A stretch of DNA of 64,000 nucleotides from Octopus vulgaris (GCA_951406725.2 OX597816.1:103354001-103418000), one strand, 5' to 3'. Positions 28,644 through 43,557 are shown, counted from the stretch's first letter. Numbers and translations are program-made. The notes: generated from the sequence alone by a model not told the origin.

Positions 28644-29463
28644 CAACCTATCCATCTGTCTCTCTATGTAATTGTCGAATAATTGTCTTTATCAGTCCCT
28701 AGTTTGATAAAAATTAGTACCTATCAAATAATATAATTGATATACACACTGTCTTTCATACCACCCACGTTATTTACCTCACGAAAAAACATCAGTGTAG
28801 CATTATGGATAACATTTATCTCAAAACATGCTAGTGTGTTTGTCGGGTTATTTTTAGCTCCAAATCAGTCCTAATTGACCAGATCTATGAGTTGAGACAT
28901 TCCAGACGTGATCATTCTGCAGTTTTATATACTTATAACCCAGTCTTCACTATCCATCGTCACCTTTTTCTTTTTTTAATGTGGTTGGGTGTGATTTGAA
29001 GCATTTTGGTTGCTATATGGAGCATGTCAAGCGATCACGTACAGGCACTTTTGTTGGCAAGAATATTCTCTGGAATTTTTCTTGGCAAGACATATTCTTA
29101 GACTACCTACTAGATGTAGCAGTCATATTCCCCTGAAATCACGTTCTACAAAATGACATATGTTAAATAAAGTAATCCTAAATACGTTATGCCATAAAAA
29201 ATAAGGACAGTCTGCTCAAATGTTTTCCTCTTTTAAAGATAGTGGGTTGTGGTCAATGAGCGATTTAGATGGGTAGATGAAAAACTCTTCGAGCTCGAGA
29301 AAAATTTCGCTTGGATGCAAATATAAAATTTCACACTGGTGAAATCTAGAGAGGGTAATTGGTTAAAGCTACTATAGCCCGCCTAACAAATAATCTTAGT
29401 TTATCATGGGGTATGTTATTTTTTTCTTTTGCTAGCGACCATAATTATATAACGGTAAATATA

Positions 29464-29694
29464 TATTTCTTTACTACCCACAAGGGGCTAAACACAGAGG
29501 AGACAAACAAGGACAGACAAACGGATTAAGTCGATTACATCGACGCCAGTGCGCAACTGGTACTTAATTTATCGACCCCGAAAGGATGAAAGGCAAAGTC
29601 GACCTCGGCGGAATTTGAACCCAGAACGTAACGGCAGACGAAATACGGCTACGCATTTCGCCCGGCGTGCTAACGTTTCTGCCAGCTCACCGCC
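29464..29694 (-). mobile_element. Young SINE family B monomer with 18-bp TSD
   Basis: TSD TATATAACGGTAAATATA at 29446-63 and 29695-712. Confidence 0.93.
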
Positions 29695-30039
29695 TATATA
29701 ACGGTAAATATAGTGTTAGTAGCGTGGGAGAGGACAGTTTCAATGACTGAGTTTGAGTAAATGTTAACAGAACAGTTATAAGGAAATAGTTTGGTTTGTG
29801 ACATTTTCTTTATATAGGCATGTCAATACAGAGGTGCGATTTGATTCCGAGTTGTTGGACAGGTTCGATGTGACATACTACACGTACGAATATGTGTTTA
29901 TTCTTCAGCCAGCAAGTGATGCTTTTTTTTTTGTTTGTTTTTTTTCAGAACAGAGGCAATATATGAAAGATAGGATATTGTCAACATGAAAAAATATTGT
30001 TCGCTTTTTTTGTTTTTATTTTTGTTTTTGTTGTTACTG

Positions 30040-30777
30040 TACAGACTATGGATCTTTATCATCTGAGTTCAAATCACACTGACGTTAATTTTGCTTATTA
30101 TTTTTGGGGGTTTATAAAATAAATATCAGAAAATACGAGAGTTAAGTTATTTCCATCGACTGTTTCCTCCTCTCATCAATTTCTGATCCCGTGCCTGCTT
30201 TAGATAAAAAAAAAAAAATATCATCATTATTGGAGGTGGCAGATGGTTAGAGCGTCGAGAAAATGCTTTGCGGTATTTCTCTCGAGTTCAAATTCCGCCT
30301 GGGTGGATTTTGGTTTTCGTCATTTCGGGATCGATGAAATAAGTACCATTTAAGCCACTGGAGTCGATGTAATCGACTATGTATCTCTCCGCAAAATTTC
30401 AGGCCTTGTGTCTATAGTAGAAAAATTATTATTAGTGTTATTATTATTATTATGATAAGGCGGCGGCATTTCGTTCGTCTTTACGTTCTGAGTTCAAATT
30501 CTGCAAAGTTTGACTTTGCCTTTCATCCTTTCATGGTCGTTAAGTTAAGTACCGGTGAAACACCTGGGTCGATGTACCAAATTTCAGGCCTTGTGCCTTT
30601 AGTAGAAAGGATTATTATCGATAAAGCGACAAGGTGGAAGAATCGTTAGCATGCCGGGCAAAATGTTTAGCAGTATCTCACTCATCGCTATGTTCTGTGT
30701 TCAAATTCCGCCGAGGTCGATTTTGCCTTTCATCCTTTCTGAATCAAACTTGCTGGCCTTGTGCCAAAATTTGAAAC

Positions 30778-30811
<34 letters not shown>

Positions 30812-31635
30812 ATTATTATTATCATTATTATTATTAATAATAATAAGGCGGCGAGCTGGCAGAATCGTTAGCACACCGGGCGAAATGCTTAGCGGTGTTT
30901 CGTCTGTCTTCACATTTTGAGTTCAGATTCCGCCGAGGTTGACTTTGCCTTTCATCTTTTCGGGGTCGATAAATTAAGTACCAGTCAGGTACTGGGGTCG
31001 ATGTCATTGACTTGCCCCCTTCCCACAAATTTCAGGCTTTGTGCCTATAGTAGAAAAGATTATTATTATTATTATCATCATCATCATCATCATCATTGAT
31101 GTTGTTGTGGTGGTGGTGGTGGATTGGTAGTATCGTTAGAACGTCGGAAAAAAAATACATTACGGTATTTGTTCCAGTTCTTTACATTCTGTGTTCAAAT
31201 CGCACTCAAATCAACTTGCTTCCCTTTTTTTTTTTTTCGTGGAGTCGATAGAAATAAAGGCCCATTCAAAGTACTGGGGTCGATGAAATCGATTAATTCT
31301 GCCCCTCAGAATAGCTTGTCTTGTGCCTCATTCAGAAACCATTGTTATTATAAATAATAATGTTGCTGTTTTGGGGTTTTATTACACAGGCAGTAGAAAG
31401 AATAGTTAGAGCGAAGACAAAATGTCTTGAAGTATTTAGTGATATTCCTTTACATTCTGGGTATATATATCCCACCGGAGTCAACTATCTTTTATCTTTT
31501 GAGGAATAACGAAATAAATAAATAAATAAAGCGCTGGTCGTGTGCTAGGATCGATTTCACTGACTGTTTCTTCTCCATCTTCCCAACCATTCTAGTCTTG
31601 TTCCTATTTTAGAAGTAATAATGGTAATTATTATT
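30040..31635 (+). mobile_element. Head-to-tail cluster of about 7 SINE family B copies separated by (ATT)n/(CAT)n
   Basis: Heads or bodies at about 30040, 30233, 30456, 30620, 30845, 31120 and 31385, all in the same orientation. Confidence 0.85.
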
Positions 31636-32293
31636 AATATTCGACGTCTAATGAAAGAAAAATCGTGTCTATCAAACCACTTAAACACACCAATAATTAT
31701 CCTATTACGAGTGCCTATCTATGTAAGTGTGAGTGCGTGTGCCTGTATGCATATGTGCGTGCGTATGTGTGCGTGTGTGCGCGCGCACGCTTTTCATTCT
31801 GTGTTCAAGCTTGCATTTAACTGTATACTTTTGTTTGTACTTTTAAGTGTGCACTCCTTCATCGGCAACAAGCGATGCTATGCATACTGCGCGCCCTATG
31901 CCTGCTTCTGCGTGTGTGAGTGCGCGCGTGCTTAAAATGTGTGGTGAGGAAGGACTTGGAGGAAGAAGTCCCTCTTTGTGTGTCTGTGTGTCTGTTTGTC
32001 TTTCTCCTCTTCTCTTTCTCCCTTTCTTCTTCCCTCTCACTCTCTCCCTCTCCTTCTCTCTCTCCCTACTCATTCTTCATGCTATGTAAAATCGATACTT
32101 GACGGATTCGATTTATGATTCGATATTGCCCAAGGTCAGCAAGTAAACTAGAAAATTTGTTTTCGTTTACCTTTTGTTGCGCGTGCACATACTACACGCT
32201 CTCTCTCTCTCTCTCTCTCTCGCTCTCTCTCTCCCTACACACACACATATATATATATACATACATACATACATACATACACATATATATAAT

Positions 32294-32341
<48 letters not shown>

Positions 32342-32602
32342 ATGTGTGTGCGTGTGTACGTGTGTGTGTGTGTATGTATGTATGAATATGAAGTGGGGCT
32401 TAATTGATTGATTCATATGAGTTTCTGTGTCACTGATTAGAAGAACCAACTTTAAGTCATGCATGATTTGGTTCGCTAACAGCCAATCTTCCTTCCCTTC
32501 TTCGCATTTCCTTCTTCCCTCCTTTCCCGAGTTCCTCACGTGAAGAAAGGTATTGTAGAAGGGTGAGTTAACCTACATGTTTCTTATCATACCTTACCTT
32601 AC

Positions 32603-32704
32603 CGACAATGCAACTGTTGTTGCTGTTAGCTGCCTCCATAAATTCTTCAATCCATCTACTTCCGCATCTTGTGTTTTCGTTAGTATAATATTTAGTATTT
32701 TCAT
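32603..32704 (-). other. Candidate minus-strand exon with tandem donor sites
   Basis: Minus strand ...TGCATTGTCG|GTAAGGTAAGGTATG (three overlapping donors). Short open frames MEAANSNNSCIV or MKILNIILTK...VALS precede it. Confidence 0.25.
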
Positions 32705-32987
32705 TCTTTTTTATGTTTTTTTTTTGTATTAATTTTAATAGCATATCTCCCCCCCCCCATCCACAGCTGATGAAATGTCAATCGATTTCTGTTGAAGAAC
32801 TAAGACATGAGAACTAACATCGAAAAGATCTTCGAATATCTGCGTGAGTGTCTAGAGAGAAAGTGGTGGTGGTGACAGTGGTGATAATAATGGTGGATAT
32901 GTTGAAGATTGGCAAGAAATGCTACGGTCTGTGTCTTTATTATGACTGACGTAGAATTTCTATGCAAGATATAAATGAAAAAATTGT

Positions 32988-33305
32988 TAGTGAGTTCGCA
33001 GAATCGTTAGCGCGTCCAAGAAAATGTTTAGCAGTATTTCTTCCGGCTTTTTATGTTCAAATTCCGCAGATGTCAACTTTACCTTTCATCCTGTCGAGGG
33101 TCAAGTAGCGTAGCTAGCGAGGCAGGGGTGATGGTTCGCCTTTGGTCATGCTTTTATGGGTGCCTCACATAGGGCTTAAAGAATGCCATAAAGCACACGC
33201 TGTAACTACACTTCTGCAGAGATCGATTAAATAAAGAACCAGTAATTGACTAGATTCCTCTCCTTGAAATGCTGGTCTTGTGCCAAAGTTTAAAACCATA
33301 ATTAC
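32988..33305 (+). mobile_element. Old SINE family B interrupted by a hAT-type MITE (33103-33216)
   Basis: SINE body is split at ggggtc|gat. The insert has imperfect TIRs aagtagcgtagcta / taactacacttctg and degenerate 8-bp flanks cgagggtc / cagagatc. Confidence 0.6.
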
Positions 33306-34244
33306 TATAATGAACGAATGATGAGGTGGTGGAAAGAAAACATAAGAGCTGAGTTATTTAGATACATCTCTTAGCGTTTGGAGTTCGATTCCCACCTGAA
33401 TTAGTGTTATCCATCATCCTTACGAGTGGTTGAAACTTGTGATGATAAAATAAAATAGTACAAGTTGTATACTATGGTTTATAAATCAATCCTTCCTTCA
33501 TCCTTAATCAGTGTTAAAGCGTCAGGCAAACGCCTTTTGATATTTGGTTTCAACAGTTTACGTCCTAAGTTCAAATCCTGTTGAAGCTCACTTTATCATT
33601 TCGAGGAGTTTCGTTTCTGAGACCTTTCGTTCTCAACGCCTTTCTTTCAGTTTAAAGGAAAACGATAAGTTGAAGTAAAAGCGTCAATAAAATATATTAT
33701 TTCCTACCCACTGCTTAATTTTTTGGTCCTTGTCCATAACTAAGACACCATTCTCTAATCAATGGCATAAGCATTAACGGTGGACAAATATTTTACGGTA
33801 TTTAAGTCCTTTTATGTTCTGAAGTCTACTTCCGCTGACGTCAACTTGAGGGTTGTCATAAATCAGATAATGACACCACATTAAAGGGACTACCTACCCT
33901 AGCTTTGCGTTGAACTGCCTGGTTTCTGGAATTTTATCTAGAGTAGAAAATCGTTATCATTATTGTTCTGGTTAATGAATTTAAAAATCCCGCCCTAACC
34001 TAGATCAAATATTTATTTCCGGTTTTCTTTAGCGTAACATGGATTAGTGCCAAATAATAGTTTCTGCAATATGTCAAGGGCGAATAGTGTCACAAGGAAA
34101 TGGAACAAGGAAAGCGACAAAATAAATTGCCATTGTTGTTGATACAGACACCTTTCCACTCTCACACACATACACATACATGCATACATATATATATAGC
34201 ATATGTAAGCACATATGTATGCATATATGTATCTGTCAGTCTGT

Positions 34245-34470
<226 letters not shown>

Positions 34471-34551
34471 GTGACAACAAAAGAATGAGACCTCGTTATT
34501 AGGTAAATAGAGGATTATTGATATATGTATAATTTAGGACAATCAATAAGT

Positions 34552-34625
34552 TGTCATTATAGTACTCGGTGTTTCGAATGTCGGCGCGAAGAGCTACGAC
34601 GCATTCTCGTCGGCTATTAATGGCA
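34552..34625 (-). ncRNA. Type I hammerhead-like fold (U4C variant)
   Basis: Minus strand: tgccattaatag CCGACGA gaatgcgtcg...cgacattc GAAA caccgag TA ctataatgaca. Stem I is about 11 bp with a bulge, stem II is gaat/attc plus gtcg/cgac, cleavage triplet GTA. Confidence 0.6.
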
Positions 34626-34838
34626 TCAGACCCTATGAAAAACCGTTGAATAAAAAGAAAGTTACTCTAATAGGTAGAAAGAAAGATAAAGGATAAAAAG
34701 TAAAAAAAAAATACATGCAACCCTATTCTCACAAGGCATAGACATAAAACTTCCTGTGTTCATAACGTCTACATGCGTACACACTCACAAAACATTTATA
34801 CGTACATGTACATACACTCACAAACACACACACACATG

Positions 34839-34907
<69 letters not shown>

Positions 34908-34994
34908 AACTTCATATTCATATACACATAGGTGTCTGCATGCATACATATATATTTAGACACTTATACATATAAATATACGTGTGTGTGTGTA

Positions 34995-35042
<48 letters not shown>

Positions 35043-35142
35043 CACATGTGGAGATGATCCAAAAAGCGCTGTCTTTCTAATATGGAAAGAGCGCTCATCT
35101 GGAAAAGTGCCTTGCACCTCGCTACATGTGTAATATATATAT

Positions 35143-35353
35143 TTCATATTTCGGCACAAGGTCACCAGTTTGGGAGGGAAGGATTAAGTCGATTAAATCG
35201 ACTCTATCTCTGAAGTGGTACTTATTTTATCGACCCCGAAAGGATAAAAGGTAAAGTCGAACTCGGCGGAATTTGAACTCAGAACGTATAGACGGATGAA
35301 GTGCCGCTAAGCATTTTACCCAGTGTGCTAACGATTCTGTAAGCTCACTGCCC
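35143..35353 (-). mobile_element. SINE family B monomer
   Basis: atcgaccccgaaaggataaaaggtaaagtcga...atttgaactcagaacgt...gctaacgattctgtaagctcac. Confidence 0.85.
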
Positions 35354-36780
35354 TGAATTCCAGACTAATATTGAAATTGTTCAGTGTAGGAAATCCAGGT
35401 CTCTCAAGGATAAAACCCCTGTGTGGAATAAGCGAAGAGCAAAATAAAATCCAAATAAGAACACAAAGAAAGATTTTGACACATCTTTAATGTTCAGTTA
35501 CAATTGTTTCTGTACCAATACACACCAAAGCGCCAAGTGAAAATTTACGTAATATTTGTAGTTTTAAATATTGGAATGGCACTTTCTCGGACCAGTATCA
35601 AAGATGCGCTCTTATATTGTAAGATTAAATTGCAATACAAGAATGAAACTCTGATACTGTAAATATTGTGAATTTCATACCACAACACACAACAGTGCTT
35701 CTAAATTCTCCTTCTATACTCAACTTGTGCCATATGTATCTACGAAGTTGCCCATTGCCAACAATTTCGAGCAAACTCTAACCCAACATGTTACCGGTCC
35801 CGACAGTGTTTTGACTTTACTCCCAAAAATATACCCCAGGGCTAAATTTTATCTCAAATAAACTCTTCAGTATTTTTTTTTTCAAAAATTTATTCCGATC
35901 TATGGCACATGCTACAGTGTGCCATTTACAAAACGACAATCCTTTTGATCTGGTCACATTACTCACATCACTAAAATCATATCAATTCTGTTGTAAACAA
36001 CCATATCTTCTTAATTTTGACTTAATTTCCTTTCTTGCGGAGTATCGTTATGCTCTCCGTGAAGCAGATTCTAACAGAAGAGTGATTCTCAATCGTTTTG
36101 ATTTTTGCTGCCCACTGAAGAGCAGATAGAACATCACTAACGCATTTCATATAGAAATTAAAAAAAAAAAAAGAAAGCTAATTTAAAGATAAATATTTTT
36201 GAAAATATAGGAAACTATTGCTTACTACGTTTCATTCACCATACTTCCGGATAACAAAAGTTTGAATAACTCGCTTTCAAGATGTCTACACCGTTAAGTA
36301 TGAACTTTTGAAAACCATAAGTTATATTTTTTAACATCAAAGGTGCACATTAATACTTCAGTATGGTGCACTATGGTATCGTGAGATGTATTGTTTAAGA
36401 ACAACATTAGTAGTGACTCTCAGTCGTCACATTCCAGCTGTCACCTATGTTTTGAGAAGTACTGTTGTTGCACTTGCTATCAACAGAACCTGAAACTATA
36501 TCTAGATGAGAATGTTTTAGCCAAGTTGCTCGCCCATGTAAACCATCTGTTTATCATCTCTTGAATTGCAAATTTCCTGTTAGACAACTTCATTGCAGCG
36601 ACCCATACTCTATCAACACTGGTGTACCCAAACTTTGTTGTGTTTCACTCATTAATAACCTGCTTTTTTATTATTGCAAACCACAAACTCTTAAAATACA
36701 TGATACCATCCTTCACATTCGCTTCCTTAATTTCTCACACTATGTCACACATACGAACTCAGAAACGCACGCGCACACGC

Positions 36781-36822
<42 letters not shown>

Positions 36823-38149
36823 CACGCACACATATATACACACAACATAGACGACCACGGGGAAACATGTAATGCTTCCGTACAAGAGACACCTTCACCA
36901 GGACATTCATATCAGAGTGACGCTGAAGAAAGATGATGAACATAAAATCACATCGTGCTGTCTTAAAAAAGGAAGTGCAACTCGACCAATATATTCCTAG
37001 GTATACAGCGTGGACGAAAACCACACCTCGAGCAAAAGGGCAAAAAGCTCGCTCGATCTCGGTTTTCAGTACAGGATCATCATGGCTGCAACGATTTTTA
37101 TCATCACTCCGTTTATTCAGAATCCTTAAGGGGTAGATAAGATACCAGTCATGGCCTGGGGTTTGATTCTTTTCCCTCTGTACGCTCCCTCTGTCCCTCT
37201 GTCTGTCTGTCTGCTTCTCTCTCTCTCTCTCTCTCTCTCTCAAGGAATCAGCTACGATACATTTTGAGAACTTTCTTTAATGACCCGTTTCAGCAAAATG
37301 ACCTTGTTGCTATCAATCCTGCCTTCTTCTCTTAGAAGAACAGAAATTAATCACCCTCGAAAATGGTCCAGCGCGCAGTGCAGCACAGAAAAGGAAATAC
37401 AGAAGCAGAGTATACATACAGGAAATTTAAAGAGAAATCCAAATAAAGGAAGCACAAAAAATAAATGAGAAAAGTGAACTTTGTGCATATATGTATGTGT
37501 CTTAAAAAGAATGGCGAGGACTATACAGCAAAGCAAAAGTAGTGAAAGGTAGATTCTCATTAGAATTAGTGAAAGAAGAGAAGATAAAGGAGTAAGAAGA
37601 GAAGTGGTTGCTGCTGTTGGTGGTGGTGGTGGTCGTGGGGAATAATTGACAGTTGATGATGTTAGTGGTGGGCGTAAAAACCTAAACAGCTAATGCACTT
37701 ATAGGGTGGTATGGTTCATTTTCTGCAGAAATAGCATGATTGAGTAATTAAATGCACATACACACACACACACACACACGCATACATACATACATACATA
37801 CATACATACATACAATCATGCGCGCGCACACACATAATGGACTCAATAGAACTGATCCATTGAGTGGAAAAGAAAACACGATAAAATATGAAAAAATTGC
37901 TACTCTTCAAATAAGTAATTTTTTTTAATGTTTCTTTTTCCCGTTTTATGTTTTATTTGAGTAGATTCATTTGTGTGTGTGTGTGTGTATGTGTCTGTCT
38001 GTCTGACTGTCACTGTCCCACTTCATTTTTTCTTCTCTCTCTTTCTATACAAATGCAATGAAGTAAGTTTATAAACGGCAGGGGAAACTAACGAAAATCT
38101 GCCAATAATCATTGTGATTGTTTCACAGAACAGAATGTTTAAAAGAGAT

Positions 38150-38221
<72 letters not shown>

Positions 38222-38324
38222 CGTATACGCGTTTGTGTGTGTATATATGCAAATATAAAAAAAGTATCAACATTGATTTTTAGACTGAACTTAACTCTAC
38301 TGCTTCCGATACATCTTAATTAAA

Positions 38325-38363
38325 AATAATAATAATAATAAGAAGAAGAACAACAACAATAAC

Positions 38364-38415
<52 letters not shown>

Positions 38416-38579
38416 GTGATTTCATTTATTTGCCACAAGGGCGAAGGATGAGGGGTACAATACAAAGACGGACATAAAGTGTTGAGGTTTACATATAATG
38501 AAATGATAAAAAGAAAAGAAAGTATACACGGTATATACTAAAGGGACATATGCATAAGATACAAAGGTTAAAAAATAAT

Positions 38580-38649
<70 letters not shown>

Positions 38650-38650
38650 A
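38325..38650. repeat. (AAT)n and (CAG)n/(TAG)n trinucleotide tracts
   Basis: Direct reading (38325-38415, 38578-38650). Confidence 0.95.
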
Positions 38651-39324
38651 AAACTCATGAAACACCGAAGCAGAAATTAAAAGCCATTTACCTGTACTTA
38701 GCAACGATTTGTTACATATAAATGGATATTATAATGAATTTTGTTTGTGAGTTTTTTGTATAAAGAAGCAATTTAATTAACTCATGTATGTATGTATGCA
38801 TGCATGTTTGTATGTATGTGTGTGTAATACATTGTATTTCGTTTAAAGTTGTGTGTTCCTATTTGACTCCATACTTACCAATCTATGAAAGATGAAAAAA
38901 GTTTCAAGCCTATCTCTAGTGTAATGCATCAATGAACTACATAGTCTATCTACTTTCAAACTTTACAAAGCAATTTTTTACTGCCGTTAATGTTAATTGC
39001 ATTTATCTTTGCCAGACAAAATCTACTTTTACTGAGAAATCTCTTTTCATATTTGTTTATATTAGCTAATATAGACGCAAGCGCGAGTCTGTATGGTTAC
39101 GAAATTCGTTTCAAAACCATGTAACTCCATGTTCAGTTCCACTTCACCGACACCTTGGGTGAAATTTTTCGATCGTCACGTTAGTCAAACTAAACCATAA
39201 GAACGAAAGTAGATGGGCAGAAACTGCGGACATATGTAAGATTGAGTTTACCTGTTTCTGAGTGGAGGACTGAATTAATCTTCTCGTTTAACAGTACAAA
39301 CTTGGAATCCTTTCGTGTGCTGGA

Positions 39325-39610
39325 TAATAGTAAGTTTATTGCATAAAGTGCTCAGGTGCACTGCAGCTTATCGAAAATTGGTAAAAAAAAAAGGGGGGGG
39401 GACAGAAAGCACCACTAATTTATGTGAGGAAAGAGATCAATGAAAGCTAAAAGTACGTGCACAGTGCACAGGATAAAGCACAAAAAGGCAGAAAAACGAA
39501 CAATAAAAGAGCAAGAACTGCAACTAGGTGTACATTCTGATAATGCCTAGATCATTCTTTCGTTTTCATACCAGCCTTTTGAACTCTGGAAATAAGTCAA
39601 CTGTAGCCCC
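39325..39610 (-). mobile_element. Possible 3' UTR relic of a non-LTR retrotransposon
   Basis: Minus strand ends ...gtgcacctgagcactttatgcAATAAAc. Distinct composition with repeated gtgcac motifs; family assignment is a guess. Confidence 0.3.
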
Positions 39611-39691
39611 ACCCGTTTCTAAATATGTTATAATAAAATTTCTGTGATATGCCCTACAACTGTAATGCCCATTAATATTTCAGGTATGCTG

Positions 39692-39905
39692 TAAGGCGGT
39701 GAGCTAGTAGAATCGTTAGCACGCCCGGCAAAATGTTCAGCGGCATTTCGTCCATCTTTATATCTTGAGTTTAAATTCCGTCGAGGTCGACTTACCCTTT
39801 CATCTTTCGGGATCGATAAAATAAGTACCAGTTGAGTACTGGGGTCGATGTAAACGACTTATCCCCTTACCCAAAATTACCAGCTTTGTGCCAAAATTTG
39901 AAATC
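39692..39905 (+). mobile_element. SINE family B monomer with 18-bp imperfect TSD
   Basis: Flanks aatatttcaggtatgctg (39674-91) and aatagttcagatatgctg (39906-23). Confidence 0.88.
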
Positions 39906-40732
39906 AATAGTTCAGATATGCTGATGTTTCTGTTATTCTTATTGCTGGTAGCTTCGAAAATTGAAAATTTCGATGACGGAAAAGTAAAAAGTATGGTTTA
40001 TTCATTAATTTTCAGAAATCTGAATCAATGATTATTTCAGAATCGTATCAAAATAATCCTCCAATAATTGATAATCAAACTGTCAAAATGGTGAATGACG
40101 TTTGCAACATTGAAAGTATTATTACAAAACAATGACAGGGTAAACATAATTAGAATTGTATTAACAAATCTTACTGTTATTTCTTTAAACCGTATTTATA
40201 TTAATCAATCAGTAAAGAGACAAATTTAAATTTGACATTCCAACAGTAAGGTATGGATCGGACTTTAAAAATGTTTAAGAAAAGAAACAGTTTCCATGTT
40301 TTGTATTGTAGAAGATTGTTAAGAATTAGTTTAATACAGAAAATGAAAACGGAAAATCAGAATAGACTTGAGAGGAGCCTTGTAAAAAGAGTTGGGCAAA
40401 CAAGAACACTGATATTTTGAGCGTATCATAAAGGCAGGTGGTCTACATAGTGTTAAGTGTTAAGTGAAATTTGGCAATCGAGGATCGGATCCACGGTATG
40501 CCTTCATAAAGCCACTACAAATACGCTGTGGAATAAAAATTTATCTACTGTCATGGAAAAAGTGTAACTGTAAAAATATGTATGTATAGAAATGTATGAA
40601 TGAAGTATTTAAGGTTTAAGATTCAAATGAAGGAAGTGCAATAATAATGTTTAGCAGTTCAAAACTGAGTAGTGAAATGCAGAATTAGGTTATCTGATCA
40701 TGAGAATCAAATATTGATCGCTTCGCTAAAAA

Positions 40733-41470
40733 CTGCAGGTGGTATGGCTATTTCCCTTCGGTTGTTTAAATAAAATATTAGTAATATGTAGTAGATAGAA
40801 GAATCCATTGGAGGGACCCTATTATCGATATTTTTCAACAATCTAAGTACGTCACGAGGTTTTCAGGCATGAGTTCTACTCCCGCGTGAAATAAAGTATA
40901 AAAGTGATATTATCTGCAAAAATTAGAAATTGGGCACACAAAAATTCAATATTCAAAGTAATCGAACATAAACAATAAAATTACTATGCATAAAATGCAA
41001 AATATCTTTTTTTTTTGTAAATTAGGTAGGCATAATTCATCCCTGCCTTTCAATTTCAGTATTAAAACTACGTATAGTACTGCTGTAGTACACGTGCTGT
41101 GTATATTCCCGCAACAACGTTTTCTTTACACGCTATAAAGGAAGAAGTAATTCTATCTACAGCTCAGCGCGCGCCTGTGTTTCGCTTTTTTTTTGCTTGG
41201 TTGAAATGGATTATTTCCCTTGAGTGTTTTTAAAAAATGTCGTTGCAGGTGCTATAGGTTATTTCCCTTGGGTGTTTAAAAATTAGCTATATGAGGTAGA
41301 TATCAAGGTCTCTTCCAGGGGTAGTATTATCGAGATTTTCAGCAATCTAAGTATGTCATGAGGTTTCCAGACATGTCTTCTACTAACGTGTCAAGTTTCA
41401 TCAAAATCAATAAAAGGATGTAGGAGGAGTTAGCAAACAAAGACACACCAATTTTCCACATGTAGTAGAT
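40733..41470 (-). mobile_element. Non-autonomous Helitron-like relic with internal duplication
   Basis: 41243-41392 is a diverged copy of 40733-40890. The right end aagtttcatcaaaatc...gtaggaggagttag...tagtagat reads A|TCTACTA on the minus strand, like a Helitron 5' TC terminus. No clear CTRR end was found. Confidence 0.4.
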
Positions 41471-41477
41471 ATATATA

Positions 41478-41953
<476 letters not shown>

Positions 41954-43225
41954 TAGACTTTTAAGACAAAACCGAATTCCTTGTTCAAAGATGATAGCAG
42001 TTAACATAAACAACGGCGAAATTTTCCTTTGAATGAAGTTTGAGACCAGACAGAAGAAGTGATCCAATTATACATTGACCTTTCATAGACTGGTGGGTGT
42101 CTAGTTAAAGAGAAATATAAAGCTTTTAAAACAATGTATAACATTATGTACACATATAAACACAATTGAATATATATATACTTAGTATGGTTTTCATCTA
42201 ATAGCAGTGATAACTAATAATATTTAACATTTATATTTCTTTTTATCTATATCGGAAATAAAGTGAAACAAACAAAGGTCAGCTTCCGTTGTAGCTGTAC
42301 TAATATGAAGAGACCTTAATGTGGTTGGTAGAAATAGCAACCAAATTTGTCTCCATGTCATAAAAAAAAGGGAAAAGATATATTTGATAATGTGATTGAT
42401 ACACTGTCTGCACGAAAAAGAAAATGTGATCCCACCTGGAATAACTTATCAAATAGGCTCACTTGGGTCTCAACAATAACAAAAACAATAGCATAAACAA
42501 CTGCAGTAAATCAACTATTCCAACACTCTAGTATCTGTGACAATATCCATCAACAATGCTTGAAACAGCAGTCAAATCTCTCGTATCTCACAACTCTTTC
42601 ATCTTCATTAAAAATGAGAAAGATATATAGGATGCGGTGCTAAACACTCTGTGTCTCAACAGAAAGAAATATCATGGTCACAACTGGATTGGCTTTGATC
42701 GCAGGACTGCTCAGTTAGGACTTAGGTCTCACCTGGGTCTAAACAACAACAGCAACTAGCTTCCCTTGTGCTACCACCAACATACATCTTGCGGTAGGAG
42801 GATTATTTGGCATACTATAAAATTATTTGGCACACTGACTTACTATTGTGTTATTTTCCTTTTAATCTGATATAGTTTATGATTTTCTTACCGGTCCCCA
42901 GAGATACATTGTTTGTCTGCTAAATACGGAATGGAGCTGAATGTTTCTGGCCCCTAGAGACAGACATTTGCATTTTAAGATAATGATATATAATATGTGC
43001 GTGTCTAATATGTGTATTACTACAGATGTGTGTGTGTGTGTGTGTGTGTGTATACATATGTTTTTATGCATGTATATTATGTACGTGTGCGTATGAGCGC
43101 ATGTCTGCATGTTCTTTATGTTCGGACAGAATGATATATATATATTATATATTATATATGTACGCATATATAACCATAAATACATACACACATATATATA
43201 CATACATATATACGTGCATATATAC

Positions 43226-43259
<34 letters not shown>

Positions 43260-43332
43260 GCACACACATATATATACATATACATACATACCCCCACACA
43301 CACGTATATATATATATATGTATATATATATG

Positions 43333-43369
<37 letters not shown>

Positions 43370-43372
43370 ATG

Positions 43373-43406
<34 letters not shown>

Positions 43407-43557
43407 TGTATGTATTAAGCTAATAATGTTTTAAAGTACTCTCAGACTTGTTTCGTGTGTAAACTACTTTGAAATTCTTTGGATATTGCTTACACCTCAA
43501 GCTCAAGGATTCTGCATAATTCTTAAATTATTTCTATTTCCAAATTAATGCATATGT

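Noticed and set aside
32767-32814. CTGATGA...atgtc/gacat hammerhead-like motif
   Set aside because: GAAA is broken (GAGAA), and no stem I, stem III or cleavage triplet can be formed.
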